Of a DNA stretch of 64,000 nt, positions 30,176 to 40,949 are shown one piece after another. Made by a program: the position numbers and the translations under genes. The stretch comes from Vulcanimicrobiota bacterium. GTDB lineage: Bacteria > Vulcanimicrobiota > Vulcanimicrobiia > Vulcanimicrobiales > Vulcanimicrobiaceae. The notes beneath the pieces were generated by a model. The model made no database searches. It was given only the letters and a program-made list of their open reading frames with translations, and was not told the origin of the DNA. The stretch covers positions 960,001-1,024,000 of the forward strand of contig CAVTCS010000003.1 in the NCBI GenBank assembly GCA_963733295.1, written 5' to 3'. The stretch's first letter is position 1. Each line of letters starts with the position of its first letter.

Positions 30176-30876
30176 TGCTCGTCGTCGAGAATCTGAGCGC
30201 GGGTTACGGCGAAGTTGAGGTTCTGTGGGACGTTTCGCTGGAGGTCGGACCCGGCGAGGTCGTGGCGTTGATCGGAAGCAACGGCGCGGGCAAATCGACG
30301 CTGCTCGCAGCGCTTAGCGGTCTCATCCCGCGCGCCCGCGGGCGCGTGTCCTTCGAGGGACACGAACTTGGCGGCTTGCCACCCGATCATATCGTGTCGG
30401 CCGGAGTCGTCCAGGTGCCGCAAGGCCGGCGGCTTTTCGGATCGCTCACGGTGCGCGAGAACCTGCTGATGGGCGCCTACCTCCGGCGCGACGATGACGT
30501 CGAAGCCGATCTCGAGCACGTACTGACGTTGCTTCCGCGCCTGCGCGAACGCTTCGGATATTTGGCCGGGCGACTTTCGGGCGGCGAGCAGCAACAGGTC
30601 GCGATCGCACGCGCGCTCATGGCGCGTCCGCGACTCCTGCTGATCGACGAGATGTCTCTCGGACTCGCGCCGGTTCTCGTCGACCACCTTCTCACGATCT
30701 TGTACGACATCAACGCGAGCGGGGTCGCGCTCCTGATGGTCGAGCAAGATGTTGAGGCGGCTCTCGAGTTCGCCAAGCGCGCCTACGTCTTAGAAGCGGG
30801 AAGGATGACGCTGAGCGGGGATGCAGCCGCGCTGCTCGACGATCCCCAGGTGCAGCGAGCGTATCTCGGCATATGA
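30175..30876 (+). CDS. livF: ABC ATPase (LivF-like)
   Basis: GSNGAGKST, LSGGEQQ, DEMSLGLAP, VQRAYLG. Confidence 0.9.
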   Translation: MLVVENLSAGYGEVEVLWDVSLEVGPGEVVALIGSNGAGKSTLLAALSGLIPRARGRVSFEGHELGGLPPDHIVSAGVVQVPQGRRLFGSLTVRENLLMGAYLRRDDDVEADLEHVLTLLPRLRERFGYLAGRLSGGEQQQVAIARALMARPRLLLIDEMSLGLAPVLVDHLLTILYDINASGVALLMVEQDVEAALEFAKRAYVLEAGRMTLSGDAAALLDDPQVQRAYLGI

Positions 30877-31457
30877 GCCCCGCGCGCTGTGCCCTCGCCG
30901 CGCTCGCCATCGCCGGCGCGCTGGCCTTTCCGCAAACCCTTTGCGCGCAGTCGCCGCCTCCCAACGACTGCGCACTCATCGGCGTTCAGGAAGCGGGTCA
31001 GATCCTCGGTTTGGCCGTCGTCGGTCCGGACGAAGCGACGCAGCATCAGGGACGCTGTCTCTTTTCGTCAGAGAAGCTGTCGAAAGACGGCAGTGTGCTG
31101 TACGGATTCGTTCGCGCGGCAGAGGTCCCCGCGCTCGAGCAATACTACAAGGCGCTGTTGCGCACGTGCGCCGGCATTACGCCCGGTGCGCCGCGCGAGC
31201 CCTTCTGTAAGACGATCGAGCGCCTCTCGAACGCCGGCGACATCGACGCCTATTTCGCCGCGCGAACCGCCATCCCGAGCAGCCACCCCGCGCCTGAGCT
31301 GGGGCCAGGCGCCGTCGCATCCGGCGATGGAGTCTTCGTTCGCCGCGACGATTACGTCCTCGAAGCGATCGTCAGCCTCGACGAACAGGTCGACGTGCAA
31401 CGCTCGATCGCGCTCGCCAAGCTGTTGCTGCAACGCCTCGAACCCCAACTGCACTGA
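30873..31457 (+). CDS. Exported hypothetical protein
   Basis: Signal-peptide-like N-terminus, several Cys; ATGA overlap with livF. Confidence 0.65.
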   Translation: MSPARCALAALAIAGALAFPQTLCAQSPPPNDCALIGVQEAGQILGLAVVGPDEATQHQGRCLFSSEKLSKDGSVLYGFVRAAEVPALEQYYKALLRTCAGITPGAPREPFCKTIERLSNAGDIDAYFAARTAIPSSHPAPELGPGAVASGDGVFVRRDDYVLEAIVSLDEQVDVQRSIALAKLLLQRLEPQLH

Positions 31458-31465
31458 CCTTCAGC

Positions 31466-32311
31466 TTATTTTTGTCCGGCCGGCTTTGGGACGGTGGGCA
31501 GATCATCGTGGCTCCACTCTAGCCAGGAGCCGTCATAGACCGCGAGGTCGGTGAATCCGGCTGCCTGCAACGCAAGGTACGCCCCGGAAGCGCCGACGCC
31601 GCTGCCGCAGCTTACGATCGTGCGTTTGCCGCGGTCGAGACCGAGTTCGTCGCTCAACTCTTCGATCGTGCCGAGGGGCGCGAGCCTCCCGCCGTTGGAA
31701 TCCTCGAGCAGGCGCGAAGCCGAGAGCCGCACCGAACGCGCGATGTCCCTATCGCGCAACGCGTAGGTTCCATCGCGCTGCGTCTCGAGCAGCTGCGCGC
31801 TGCCGCGACCTTCGGCGACCGCCAAGACCTCAGCGCGCGATGCACGTAGCAGCGGCCGCGGCTTCGGCGTGAACGTTTGCGGCGGGAAAGATGGGACTTC
31901 GAGAACGATCGGCAAACCGGCGGCGCGCCACGCCGGGATTCCACCTGCGAGGAGGTGCACGTCGTCGTGGCCATACAGCCGGAACATCCAGACCATCCGC
32001 GCGGCGTAGGGCACCGTACCGTCGTCATAGGCGACGACGCTCGATCGATCGCCGATGCCGCGTTCGCCGACGGCTTTGGCGAAGGTTTCGGGCGGAGCGA
32101 CGCGCACCGCGTACGGTGTCGCCGGATCGGCCAACTCGACGGCGTAGTCGAGATGGATGGCGTTCGGAATGTGGCCGCTCGCGTACTGCTCGGCACCCGA
32201 CTGAGCAACGCGTCCGGGCGCACCGTGCGGCTCGCTCCGCGCGTCCACGATGCGCAGCTGCGGGTCGTCAAGACGCGCGCGCAGCCAATCGAGTTCGACG
32301 AACGGATTCAT
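31466..32311 (-). CDS. Two-domain rhodanese/sulfurtransferase (SseA-like)
   Basis: YASGHIPNA, VAYDD...AARMVW, SCGSGVGA active loop, YDGSWLEW. Confidence 0.92.
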   Translation of the reverse strand: MNPFVELDWLRARLDDPQLRIVDARSEPHGAPGRVAQSGAEQYASGHIPNAIHLDYAVELADPATPYAVRVAPPETFAKAVGERGIGDRSSVVAYDDGTVPYAARMVWMFRLYGHDDVHLLAGGIPAWRAAGLPIVLEVPSFPPQTFTPKPRPLLRASRAEVLAVAEGRGSAQLLETQRDGTYALRDRDIARSVRLSASRLLEDSNGGRLAPLGTIEELSDELGLDRGKRTIVSCGSGVGASGAYLALQAAGFTDLAVYDGSWLEWSHDDLPTVPKPAGQK

Positions 32312-32946
32312 GGTGCCGGCCGCGCTCGTTCGACTTCCCGCGCCAGCTCGAGGCTGCCCTCATCACCAATCGCGCGCAGCGCGCGAATGACGCCGTCGAT
32401 GTCTTCGCCGGGCCGATTTTGACTGAGCTTCCACTTCCCGACCAAGGTGTCGATGGGAAGCTCGAGGCCGACGATGGCTTTGAGCTGCGACTCGACGTAC
32501 GGCTCGGGTGCATCGTCGACGTGCCAGGGGTGGGCCGAGCGGCTTTCGTGCAAATTCGTCAGCGAGGTCACGAACGCGCGCAGTCGCTCCGGTTCCTCGA
32601 ACGTTCGCAGCGTGCCGCGCGCGTGCACGGCGATGTAGTCCCAAGTCGGGACGACTTTCTGCGTTTCGCGTTTGCTGGGGTACCAGTTCGGCGAGATGTA
32701 ACCGTTGGGCCCGAAGAAGATGGCAAGCGCGGGCAGCCCGTCCGCCGACTTCCAGTGCGGGTTCGCCCGAGCTAGGTGACCGACGAGCTTCCCGAGGGGT
32801 CCGGATTCGCGCTCGAGCATCATCGGAAGATGGCTCACGAACGGGCCGTCCGGGCCGAACGTCACGAGGGTCGCGACTTGTATTCGCTCGATCGCTTCGT
32901 GGACGATATCGAGACGGGGCTGTTCGAAGTAGCGCGGAACGTACAT
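32308..32946 (-). CDS. FMN-binding PaiB-family protein
   Basis: MYVPRYF, GHLARANPHW, YISPNWY, VPTWDYIAVH, GKWKLSQNR. Confidence 0.92.
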   Translation of the reverse strand: MYVPRYFEQPRLDIVHEAIERIQVATLVTFGPDGPFVSHLPMMLERESGPLGKLVGHLARANPHWKSADGLPALAIFFGPNGYISPNWYPSKRETQKVVPTWDYIAVHARGTLRTFEEPERLRAFVTSLTNLHESRSAHPWHVDDAPEPYVESQLKAIVGLELPIDTLVGKWKLSQNRPGEDIDGVIRALRAIGDEGSLELAREVERARPAP

Positions 32947-32959
32947 ACCGGCGCGGCGT

Positions 32960-34183
32960 CTAGGCGGAGACGGCGACGCGGCTGAGGGCGAAGCGTTTCT
33001 CTGCATCGTCGACGATGTATTTCCCGATCGCGAGCGACGACGTCGCCGCGGGTGACGGCGCGTTGCGAACGTGAACGACGCCCTCGGCGCCCTCGAACAC
33101 GAAGTCGTCGACGAGAGATCCGTCGGGAGCCATTGCTTGCGCGCGCACGCCCGAGGGTCCGGCCAAACAATCGTCGGGCGTCAACTCGGGAATGTAGCGT
33201 TGCAACGCCTTGACGTATGCGGCGCGCACGAGGTCGCGGTACATTTCGCCCGCTCCGACCTTCCAATACTTCATGGCCAGCTTGAAGAAACCGGGATACG
33301 TCAGCGCGTCCCAGAGTTCGGGCGGGTTGATGTCCCAGAACTCGTAGCCTTCGCGAGCGAACGCGAGAACGGCGTTCGGGCCGAGCCAGATGCTGCCGTC
33401 CATGCGTGGCGTGAAGTGGACGCCGAGGAACGGAAATTCAGGATCCGGTACGGGATAGATGTTGCCCTTGACCAAGTACGACTTTTCGGGCTTGAGGATC
33501 AGGTAATCGCCGCGGAAGGGGACGATTTTCGGATCGCGTTGGCCGCCCGTCATCTGTCCGAGTTTGTCGGAATATAAGCCGCCGCAGGTGATGACCGAAT
33601 TCGCCTGGATTTCGCCCTTCGGCGTGTGCAAGGTCGTGACGCCGTTCTGGCGCGTGATCTTCGTGACTTCGTGCTCGAGGTAGTAATCGACGCCGGCTTC
33701 CTTGGCGTCGTTGACGTACGAGGCGGAAACTCGGCCCCAGTCGACGATGCTGGTCACGGGGGAGGAGATCGCTTTGATGCCGCGCGCGTGCGGTTCGCGC
33801 TCGCGGATCTGCGCTTGGTCGAGCATCGCAAGACCTTCGACGCCGTTCTCTTGCCCGCGCACCCAAAGGTCTTGCAGACGTCCCAGCTCGGATTCTTCGG
33901 TTGCGACGATCAGTTTGCCGACCTGTTTGTACTCGATGCCTTTGCGCTCGCAGTATTCCCAAGCCATGCGACGGCCGTCGACGCACAGCTTTGCCTTCAG
34001 GGATCCGGGTTTGTAGTAGATGCCCGAGTGGATGACGCCGCTGTTGTGACCGGTTTGATGCTTGTTGAAAGCGTTTTCTTTTTCGACGCCGGCCACTTTG
34101 AGGTTCGGGAAGCGCGCTTTGAGCTCACGCGCGGTGGCGTTCCCGACGATGCCGCCCCCGACGACCGCGATCTCGTAAACCAT
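32960..34183 (-). CDS. lhgO: L-2-hydroxyglutarate oxidase
   Basis: VVGGGIVG, HQTGHNSGVIHSGIYYKPGSLKAKLC, YPVPDPEFPFLGVHFT, NAPSPAATSSLAIG. Confidence 0.94.
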   Translation of the reverse strand: MVYEIAVVGGGIVGNATARELKARFPNLKVAGVEKENAFNKHQTGHNSGVIHSGIYYKPGSLKAKLCVDGRRMAWEYCERKGIEYKQVGKLIVATEESELGRLQDLWVRGQENGVEGLAMLDQAQIREREPHARGIKAISSPVTSIVDWGRVSASYVNDAKEAGVDYYLEHEVTKITRQNGVTTLHTPKGEIQANSVITCGGLYSDKLGQMTGGQRDPKIVPFRGDYLILKPEKSYLVKGNIYPVPDPEFPFLGVHFTPRMDGSIWLGPNAVLAFAREGYEFWDINPPELWDALTYPGFFKLAMKYWKVGAGEMYRDLVRAAYVKALQRYIPELTPDDCLAGPSGVRAQAMAPDGSLVDDFVFEGAEGVVHVRNAPSPAATSSLAIGKYIVDDAEKRFALSRVAVSA

Positions 34184-34255
34184 CTTGGGACGATTCTGCC
34201 CAGCCCCGGCGGTGCCCGCTAGGACTTTTTCCCAAGCGGCGAGGAAGGCCAGGGA

Positions 34256-35821
34256 ATGACCGTCACGCTCGAACGCATCACACCCTTCCGGAACGAAGAA
34301 ATCCGGCCTTTTACCGACCCCGCCGACATCGCGTCGCTCGAGGCGGCTCTCATCCGCGCACGCGCGCGTTTCGGGGAGCGCTATCCGCTCGTGATCGACG
34401 GGCACAAGCACGAGACCGAGCGTTGGATCGAGTCACGCAATCCTGCCCGCCCCAGCGAGATCGTCGGTTTCGTCGCCTCGGCGCCGCTCGAACGGGCGCA
34501 CGAAGCTCTTGCGGCGGCGAGCCGCCGGTTCGAGAGCTGGAAACGCGTACCGGCGGCCGAACGCGCCGGCTACCTCTTGAAGGCGGCCGAACTCGTGCGG
34601 CGGCGGCGGGACGACTTCAACGCGCTGCTCGTCCTCGAAGTCGGCAAGAGTTGGGTCGAAGCCGACGCGGACACGGCCGAGGCGATCGACTTTCTCGAGT
34701 TCTACGCGCGAGAAGCGCTGCGCTACGCCGCGCCTCCGCCGCTGACTCCTGTCCGCGGCGAACAAAATCGCCTGAGCTACATCCCGCTCGGCGTCGGCGT
34801 CGTAATCCCGCCCTGGAACTTCGCCTTCGCCATTATGGCCGGGATGACGAGCGCGGCGCTCGTCGCCGGAAACACCGTCGTCTTGAAACCGTCGTCCGAT
34901 TCGGCCGTCATCGCCGCGCAGTTCGTCGACCTGCTGCACGAGGCCGGAATTCCGCCCGGCGTCGTCAACTTCGTACCGGGCTCGGGCCGGACGATCGGCG
35001 ACGCCTTAGTCGCCGATGCGCGAACCCGCTTCATCGCGTTCACCGGTTCGAAGGAAGTGGGCCTGCACATCAACGAGCTGGCCTCAAAGACGCAGCCGGG
35101 TCAGATTTGGATCAAGCGCGTCATTGCGGAAATGGGCGGCAAAGACTCGATCATCGTTGCCGCCGATGCCGATCTCGACGCGGCGGTCGAAGGCGTCGCC
35201 GTCTCCGCGTTCGGATTCGGGGGTCAGAAATGTTCGGCGTGCTCGCGCGCGATCGTTGAGGCTCCGGTCTACGACCAGTTCCTCGCGAAACTTGCGGAGC
35301 GGGTGAAGAAGATGAGCGTTGGGGAACCGCTCTCGCCGCGGGTGTACATGGGTCCGGTCATCAACGAATCGGCCATGAACTCGATCCTCGGCTACATCGA
35401 GAAGGGCAAGAGCGAAGGACGCCTGATCGCCGGCGGTAAGCGCGCGGAGGGCGAAGGCTGGTTTGTCGAACCGACCGTCATCGCCGACGTAGCTCCGGAC
35501 GCCGCGATCGCGCAGGAAGAGATCTTCGGGCCGGTTCTCGCGGTCATCAAGGCGCGCGACTACGACGACGCTCTCGCGATCGCGAACAATACCGAATTCG
35601 GGTTGACCGGTTCGGTCTATTCGGGCGATGAGGTGAAGCTCGAGCGGGCGCGCGACGAGTTTCACGTCGGGAACCTGTATCTCAACCGGAAGAGCACCGG
35701 TGCCTACGTGGGCGGCCATCCGTTCGGCGGCTTTAACATGTCGGGCACCGATTCGAAGGCGGGCGGTTACGACTACCTGCTGCTCTTCACGCAGGCCAAG
35801 ACGGTCTCGCGCAAAGTCTAG
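34256..35821 (+). CDS. pruA: L-glutamate gamma-semialdehyde (P5C) dehydrogenase
   Basis: EADADTAEAIDFLEFYAR, IPPWNF, AEMGGKD, GQKCSACSR, EEIFGPV, PFGGFNMSGTDSKAGG. Confidence 0.93.
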   Translation: MTVTLERITPFRNEEIRPFTDPADIASLEAALIRARARFGERYPLVIDGHKHETERWIESRNPARPSEIVGFVASAPLERAHEALAAASRRFESWKRVPAAERAGYLLKAAELVRRRRDDFNALLVLEVGKSWVEADADTAEAIDFLEFYAREALRYAAPPPLTPVRGEQNRLSYIPLGVGVVIPPWNFAFAIMAGMTSAALVAGNTVVLKPSSDSAVIAAQFVDLLHEAGIPPGVVNFVPGSGRTIGDALVADARTRFIAFTGSKEVGLHINELASKTQPGQIWIKRVIAEMGGKDSIIVAADADLDAAVEGVAVSAFGFGGQKCSACSRAIVEAPVYDQFLAKLAERVKKMSVGEPLSPRVYMGPVINESAMNSILGYIEKGKSEGRLIAGGKRAEGEGWFVEPTVIADVAPDAAIAQEEIFGPVLAVIKARDYDDALAIANNTEFGLTGSVYSGDEVKLERARDEFHVGNLYLNRKSTGAYVGGHPFGGFNMSGTDSKAGGYDYLLLFTQAKTVSRKV

Positions 35822-35833
35822 GAAGGCGCCGCC

Positions 35834-38428
35834 TTAGGCGGCCACGATGCCTGCGCGGATCGCAGCGGCGACCGCCCGCGTGCGGGTCGTCGCGTTCAAT
35901 TTCGAGAGCACGCGTTCGACGTGCGTGTCGACGGTGCGTGGACTGAGCGAGAAGCGTTGCGCGATCTCTTTGTTCGTCAAACCTTCGGCCAAGAGTTTCA
36001 AGATCTCCGACTCGCGCTTCGTCAGCTTCGATCCGCGTGGCTCGCTGTTCGTCGCGGATTCGCGGACGGCGCGCGCGGGTACGAGTGCATCGAGCACGAG
36101 CGCTTCGAAGCGCGTATGCGGGCGAGCCGCGGGCCCGTCATCTGACCAGAACTCGCGCCGCCGCTCCAGCAGTGCGCGGTAAGTAGCGCCGATTTCCGCA
36201 GGAGCCGGCGGCGCTTGCGTGCCGTCCCGCCCTGATGCGATGCGCAACCTGCGGAGCAACGCGCTGGCTGCAGCGAGCGCCAGCGCATCGAGCGCGTCGC
36301 CGGCGCGAGCCGTCGCTAATTCCGTTTCGGCTCGCGCAGCCAGATGCTCGTACTCGTCGTCGGCTGCAACCTTTGCGTAGGCGGCTGCTTCGGCCAAGAG
36401 CGCGACGCGTTGCGCGGATGGCAGGCTGGTTTCCGCGAGTGCCGCGCGAGCCGTCGTCAAGGCGCTGACGGCACCGGTGCTGCAGAATTGGGCTCGTGCG
36501 CGGAAAAGCGCCGCCAAACCCGAAGCTCGTTCGCGGTCGGCCGAGTACCAGGCTGCAGCGCCGTACGAGCGCGCCGCCGCGGCCGCATCTTCGCAGGCCG
36601 CAAGGGCACCTTCGTGCGCGTAGACGTCGGCCAGCGCCAGTTCGACGCCGGCCAGTTCCGCCGGCAGTTCGAGACGCCGTCCGAGTTCGCGGCCTTTCTC
36701 GGCGTAGTCCTTCGCCGCGGCGAGGTCGCCCCACAGCAGCGCGAGCCGGGCGTACCACACAAGCGTATTCGCCATCAGCACGACGTGATCGCTCGGTTCG
36801 AGCGCGTGCAGCATCGTGGCCATGAGCGCGTCGGCTTCTTCGAATTTCCCTAGCGCGGTTGCGGCGTAGGCGTCGAGAATCGCGATCCGTACTCGGCTCA
36901 CGAGATCCTCGCCGGCCTGCGCGAAGGCCGCGTGCGCGCTTTGCCGCGCGGCTGAGAAGTCGCCTGCGAGCACGTGGGACCAGCCCGCGAAACTATGAGC
37001 GACCAGTTCGTTCGAGCCGCCGCTTTCGCGAGCCATCCCGAAAAGTTCCCCAAGCTCGCCCGCGCTCAAGGGCTCGCGCCGGGCGAGGCGTTCTTCAGTC
37101 AACACCGAGCGCAAGGTCACCTCGACGGCCCGGTCGCCCGAGGCGTGTGCGCTCGCAAGAGCCGCGCCCAGACGTTCCGCCGCCCCGGATTCGCCGCGCT
37201 GACGCAACAACATCCCCTCGACAAGACCGTAGAGGATGGGCGCGTCCAGACCGCGCCCTCGCAGATCGCGCGCGATGCGTCCGGCGCGCTCACCCAGACC
37301 GGCGATGAACAGCGCGTAAGCGTGCTCTTGGACGAAGCGAGCGAGTCTCGCGTCGTCACCGCTTCGCTCGAAGTGAAACAGCGCCGGCAGATCCGCATCC
37401 GCCGCTTCGAGGAGTTCTCCAGCCCAGCGGTGATTCCGATCGATCGCGGCCGTCCCATCCCGGGCGCGAACTCGCTCGATGAGCGCCTCACGCAGCAGCG
37501 GATGGACGCGGTAGATTTCAGCCGGCTTGACAACGCCGAGCATGACGCCGCGGCGCTCGTATTCTTGCAAGTAGCGGCGCACGTTTCCGAGGGTCGCGTC
37601 GTACTCGAGAACCGGCGCATCCAGCGTTTCGAAAACGGCGGTTCGTTCGAGGAAGGCTACCATACCCTCATCGAGCGAGGCTAGGTTTGCGTCGATCAGC
37701 AGCGCGGTGATCGCGCTGCGCGAACCGTCCCGCGTAGGCAGGGTGAGGCTGCCGGTGAGGCTGAGCGCGATGCCCGCGGCCCAGCCCTCGAATGCTTCCC
37801 GCAGTTCCGCGACCTGCCGGGGCGCGGGCTCGCGACCGCGGCGAGCCGCGAGCTGCGCGACTTCTTCGTCGTCGAAACGAAGCTGGTCGACGCCGACGAG
37901 ATCCGCGCGCCCTTGCGCGATCCACTCGGCGAGCGGCAGGTTCGGCAGCGTGCGCCCGGCGAGAACGAGCGACACGCGCGGCGGTAGCGCGCGCATGACC
38001 CCCGTGATGAACTCTCCGAAGCCTGCGTCGCCGTCGAGCAGATGGACGTCGTCGCAAACGAGCCGGATTGGTTCGGCGATGTGCCCCAGTTCCTCGGCGA
38101 ACGTGGCGCCCAAGCGCTGCGCGCGCGCGGCGCTCGAGGCCTCCGGCCGGCGCGAATACTGCGACGCCACGGCAAGGGTCAGCCGTCCGAAACCGGGACG
38201 TAGGCGCCGCACGGCGTGGACGAGCGGCTCCGCGAACTCGCCGGCATGCCAAAGCTGCGCGGTGTACCACGCGCTCCTCGCGTCAGGCCGTAGAGCCAAC
38301 GTGAGCAGCGAGGTTTTTCCGTAACCTGCCGGAGCGACGAGCGCCGTTAGGTCCCGCTTCTCGAGCGAAGTCTGCAGCGACGACACGAGATGGGGCCGCG
38401 GGACCAGGTCCTCGGAAGCAGACGGCAT
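35834..38428 (-). CDS. MalT-like ATP-dependent LuxR-family regulator
   Basis: APAGYGKT Walker A, DDVH, YRVHPLLRE; C-terminal LTKRESEIL..LAEGLTNKEIA...RTVDTHV helix-turn-helix. Confidence 0.9.
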   Translation of the reverse strand: MPSASEDLVPRPHLVSSLQTSLEKRDLTALVAPAGYGKTSLLTLALRPDARSAWYTAQLWHAGEFAEPLVHAVRRLRPGFGRLTLAVASQYSRRPEASSAARAQRLGATFAEELGHIAEPIRLVCDDVHLLDGDAGFGEFITGVMRALPPRVSLVLAGRTLPNLPLAEWIAQGRADLVGVDQLRFDDEEVAQLAARRGREPAPRQVAELREAFEGWAAGIALSLTGSLTLPTRDGSRSAITALLIDANLASLDEGMVAFLERTAVFETLDAPVLEYDATLGNVRRYLQEYERRGVMLGVVKPAEIYRVHPLLREALIERVRARDGTAAIDRNHRWAGELLEAADADLPALFHFERSGDDARLARFVQEHAYALFIAGLGERAGRIARDLRGRGLDAPILYGLVEGMLLRQRGESGAAERLGAALASAHASGDRAVEVTLRSVLTEERLARREPLSAGELGELFGMARESGGSNELVAHSFAGWSHVLAGDFSAARQSAHAAFAQAGEDLVSRVRIAILDAYAATALGKFEEADALMATMLHALEPSDHVVLMANTLVWYARLALLWGDLAAAKDYAEKGRELGRRLELPAELAGVELALADVYAHEGALAACEDAAAAARSYGAAAWYSADRERASGLAALFRARAQFCSTGAVSALTTARAALAETSLPSAQRVALLAEAAAYAKVAADDEYEHLAARAETELATARAGDALDALALAAASALLRRLRIASGRDGTQAPPAPAEIGATYRALLERRREFWSDDGPAARPHTRFEALVLDALVPARAVRESATNSEPRGSKLTKRESEILKLLAEGLTNKEIAQRFSLSPRTVDTHVERVLSKLNATTRTRAVAAAIRAGIVAA

Positions 38429-38513
38429 CTCCCTCGTGCTTCTACGTAGTCTTACCGACGCCCGGGATGGGCCGGTCCGGTACGCTTCTCACAGTCTCGA
38501 GAGGAGCTGACCG

Positions 38514-40847
38514 ATGGATTCCACCCTATCCGCCCTGGGCGTCGCGTGTGCGGTCTTAGCCGGCGCGGCAGCGTTCGTGGCTCTCGCCCTCCTATTCAAT
38601 GCCGTAGATCAGGTGCGACTGCGCATCGGCCGGCTCGAGCGCGCTGTCGCCGCCGCGAACGAGGCAGGCGTTTCGCTCTCCCGCAACATCGAGACGCCGG
38701 AGGTAGCCGAGGATAACGTTGCGGTCACGCCGGCCGCCGGAGCTTTTGCCGAGCAAGATCGGGCGCAGGACCTCTTCGAGCCGGCGCACGCCTGGGCTGC
38801 AGCCACCGAAGAGAGCCCGGATGAAACCGTCGGTGCCGCTGCCGCAGCGCCGAAGCAGCGCGGCGCCATCGATTGGGAGATCTTCGCGGGCGGCCGACTT
38901 CTCAATATCGTGGGTGGGTTCGTGCTGGTCATCGGCGTCGGGCTCGCGCTGAAGTACGCGTTCGACCAAAATTGGATTAGCGAGTCACTGCGCATTGCCG
39001 CCGGTCTCGTCGTCGGCGCCGGACTCTTAGGCTTTGCCGAAATCGTGCGCTCGCGCAACCTGCACCGCTGGTTCGCGGACGGCGTAACCGGAACGGGTCT
39101 CGGCGTTCTCTACGTCTCGGGTTACGCAGCCTTCGGAAGCTACCACCTTTGGCCGTTCACGCTGGCCTACGCATTCATGTCTTGCGTAACCATCGTCGCG
39201 TTCTGTCTCGCGCTGCGTTACGACTCGCTCGCGGTGGCGCTGCTGGGGTGGGCCGGAGGGTTTGCGACGCCGTTCGTTCTCAACGACGGCAGCGCAAACG
39301 AAGTCGGAATGGCTTCGTACATCGTGCTCCTCGACCTCGGACTCGTTGCCATCGCGCTAGCGAAAGAGCGTTGGTTCGCGCTCGAACCCCTTGCGCTGAC
39401 CGGTTCCTATGCGGCGGCTTTCGCGTGGTACTCATGGCATGGGGACGTAGGCAGCCCCTTCGTTTCTACGATCGCGCTGTTGAGCATCTGGGGCGTGTTC
39501 TTTGCAGCCGGCGTCATGCGTGCTCTGCGCCTGGAGCGCTCGGCGGCGGGTGGCGCGGAACTCCTCGGCGTCGCGAACCTCTTCGTGCTTTGCGCCTATC
39601 TGCTGCAGGTGCTCGCCGGGCACTCGACGGCGTTCGAATACGTCGCGCTCGGGCTCGCGGCGGTGTATGCCGTCGCGTACGCAGCGCTGCTGCGGCGACG
39701 TCCGGACGCCTCAGCGCAGCGCATAGCGTGGTATCTGAGCGGCGCCGCGCTCGTCGCGCTTGCGACGGAGGAGCACTTCCACGATATGGAGCTCGCGACG
39801 GTCCTTGTCGCCGAGGGACTGGCCCTGGCCACTGTCGAGCGCGTGCTGCGCCTGGTTGCGCGCCGGCGAGCGGCAACGGAGACGAGTATCGCTGCCGCGG
39901 GCGCTATGCTCGCCGGCGCGAGTGCGTTTCTTTTCGGAAACGGAGCTTTCGAACACGCCACGAGCTGGAATCTGACTTTCGGTTCGCGAGACTTCGCATT
40001 TCTTGTGCTGATCGCCGGCGGATACGGCCTCGACCGGTTGCTGCGCGCACCGGGCGCGTGGCCGGAAGTGGCCGGAATCGTGCTTCGGCAGTCGACTCTC
40101 ATAGCGGTCCTCGTACTCGCCGCCGTTCATGCGGAGGGTTACCGGCTGGCCGCGACCTACGCCGTCCTCGCACTCGCCGCAATTGCCGTGGGCACGCGCG
40201 CGATGCTCAGAGATTTCGAGATCGACGGCCTCGCTCTCGCGGCGCTCGCGTCCGTCGTCGCGCTGGCACAGCCCGATACGTGGCAGCTGCAACACGTCTT
40301 CGCTTTCGTACCGCTCGCCAACGCCCGCTTCGAGGGGTTCGCGATCATTGCGCTAGCCTTGCTCGGCGGCGGCGAGATGCTGCGACGCCGGAGCTTGCTA
40401 CCGGCGGCGGTTCCGCGAGTGCTTCGAGCGGCCGGCACGCTCGCCGCCGTCGGCGCCGTCACGCTCGACGTGCGCGACTGGTTCGAGCGCGCGCTGGCGC
40501 TCGCGCGCCTCGAACCCCAAACGGCGGCCGTCATCCAGCGCCTCACGCACCTAGCGAGCGGTGAGCAGCTGGCGATCTCGGCGGCCTGGATCCTGGCCTC
40601 GCTGATCTTAATCACGCTCGGGGTGCGGTTGCGAGTTCGCGATCTCCGCTTGCTGGCGATCGGCCTCTTCGACCTGACGATCCTCAAGGCGTTCTTCGTC
40701 GACTTCGACAGCGTGGAGACGCTCTACCGGATTGCGATCTTCATCGGGCTCGGGCTCGTATTGCTCGGCGTTTCCTACGTCTATCAGCGGCTGGAGCGCG
40801 GTTTTTTCTCGGTCACTCCGCGCTCCGAAGAGGCCCTTCCGGCGTGA
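38514..40847 (+). CDS. DUF2339-like multi-pass membrane protein
   Basis: WEIFAGGRLLNIVG...LKYAFDQNWI, GGFATP; C-terminal KAFFVD...YRIAIFIGLG..LL.VSYVY; GAGGAG SD. Confidence 0.82.
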   Translation: MDSTLSALGVACAVLAGAAAFVALALLFNAVDQVRLRIGRLERAVAAANEAGVSLSRNIETPEVAEDNVAVTPAAGAFAEQDRAQDLFEPAHAWAAATEESPDETVGAAAAAPKQRGAIDWEIFAGGRLLNIVGGFVLVIGVGLALKYAFDQNWISESLRIAAGLVVGAGLLGFAEIVRSRNLHRWFADGVTGTGLGVLYVSGYAAFGSYHLWPFTLAYAFMSCVTIVAFCLALRYDSLAVALLGWAGGFATPFVLNDGSANEVGMASYIVLLDLGLVAIALAKERWFALEPLALTGSYAAAFAWYSWHGDVGSPFVSTIALLSIWGVFFAAGVMRALRLERSAAGGAELLGVANLFVLCAYLLQVLAGHSTAFEYVALGLAAVYAVAYAALLRRRPDASAQRIAWYLSGAALVALATEEHFHDMELATVLVAEGLALATVERVLRLVARRRAATETSIAAAGAMLAGASAFLFGNGAFEHATSWNLTFGSRDFAFLVLIAGGYGLDRLLRAPGAWPEVAGIVLRQSTLIAVLVLAAVHAEGYRLAATYAVLALAAIAVGTRAMLRDFEIDGLALAALASVVALAQPDTWQLQHVFAFVPLANARFEGFAIIALALLGGGEMLRRRSLLPAAVPRVLRAAGTLAAVGAVTLDVRDWFERALALARLEPQTAAVIQRLTHLASGEQLAISAAWILASLILITLGVRLRVRDLRLLAIGLFDLTILKAFFVDFDSVETLYRIAIFIGLGLVLLGVSYVYQRLERGFFSVTPRSEEALPA

Positions 40848-40949
40848 AGCGCTGCGCTGCGGCCGGAAAGGCTTGCGGACCAAGCCGATGAAGGGGCGGG
40901 AGTGCGAGCGCGTCTCAGGAGTTATTCGCAAGAAGCTTCGGGTTTTGCC

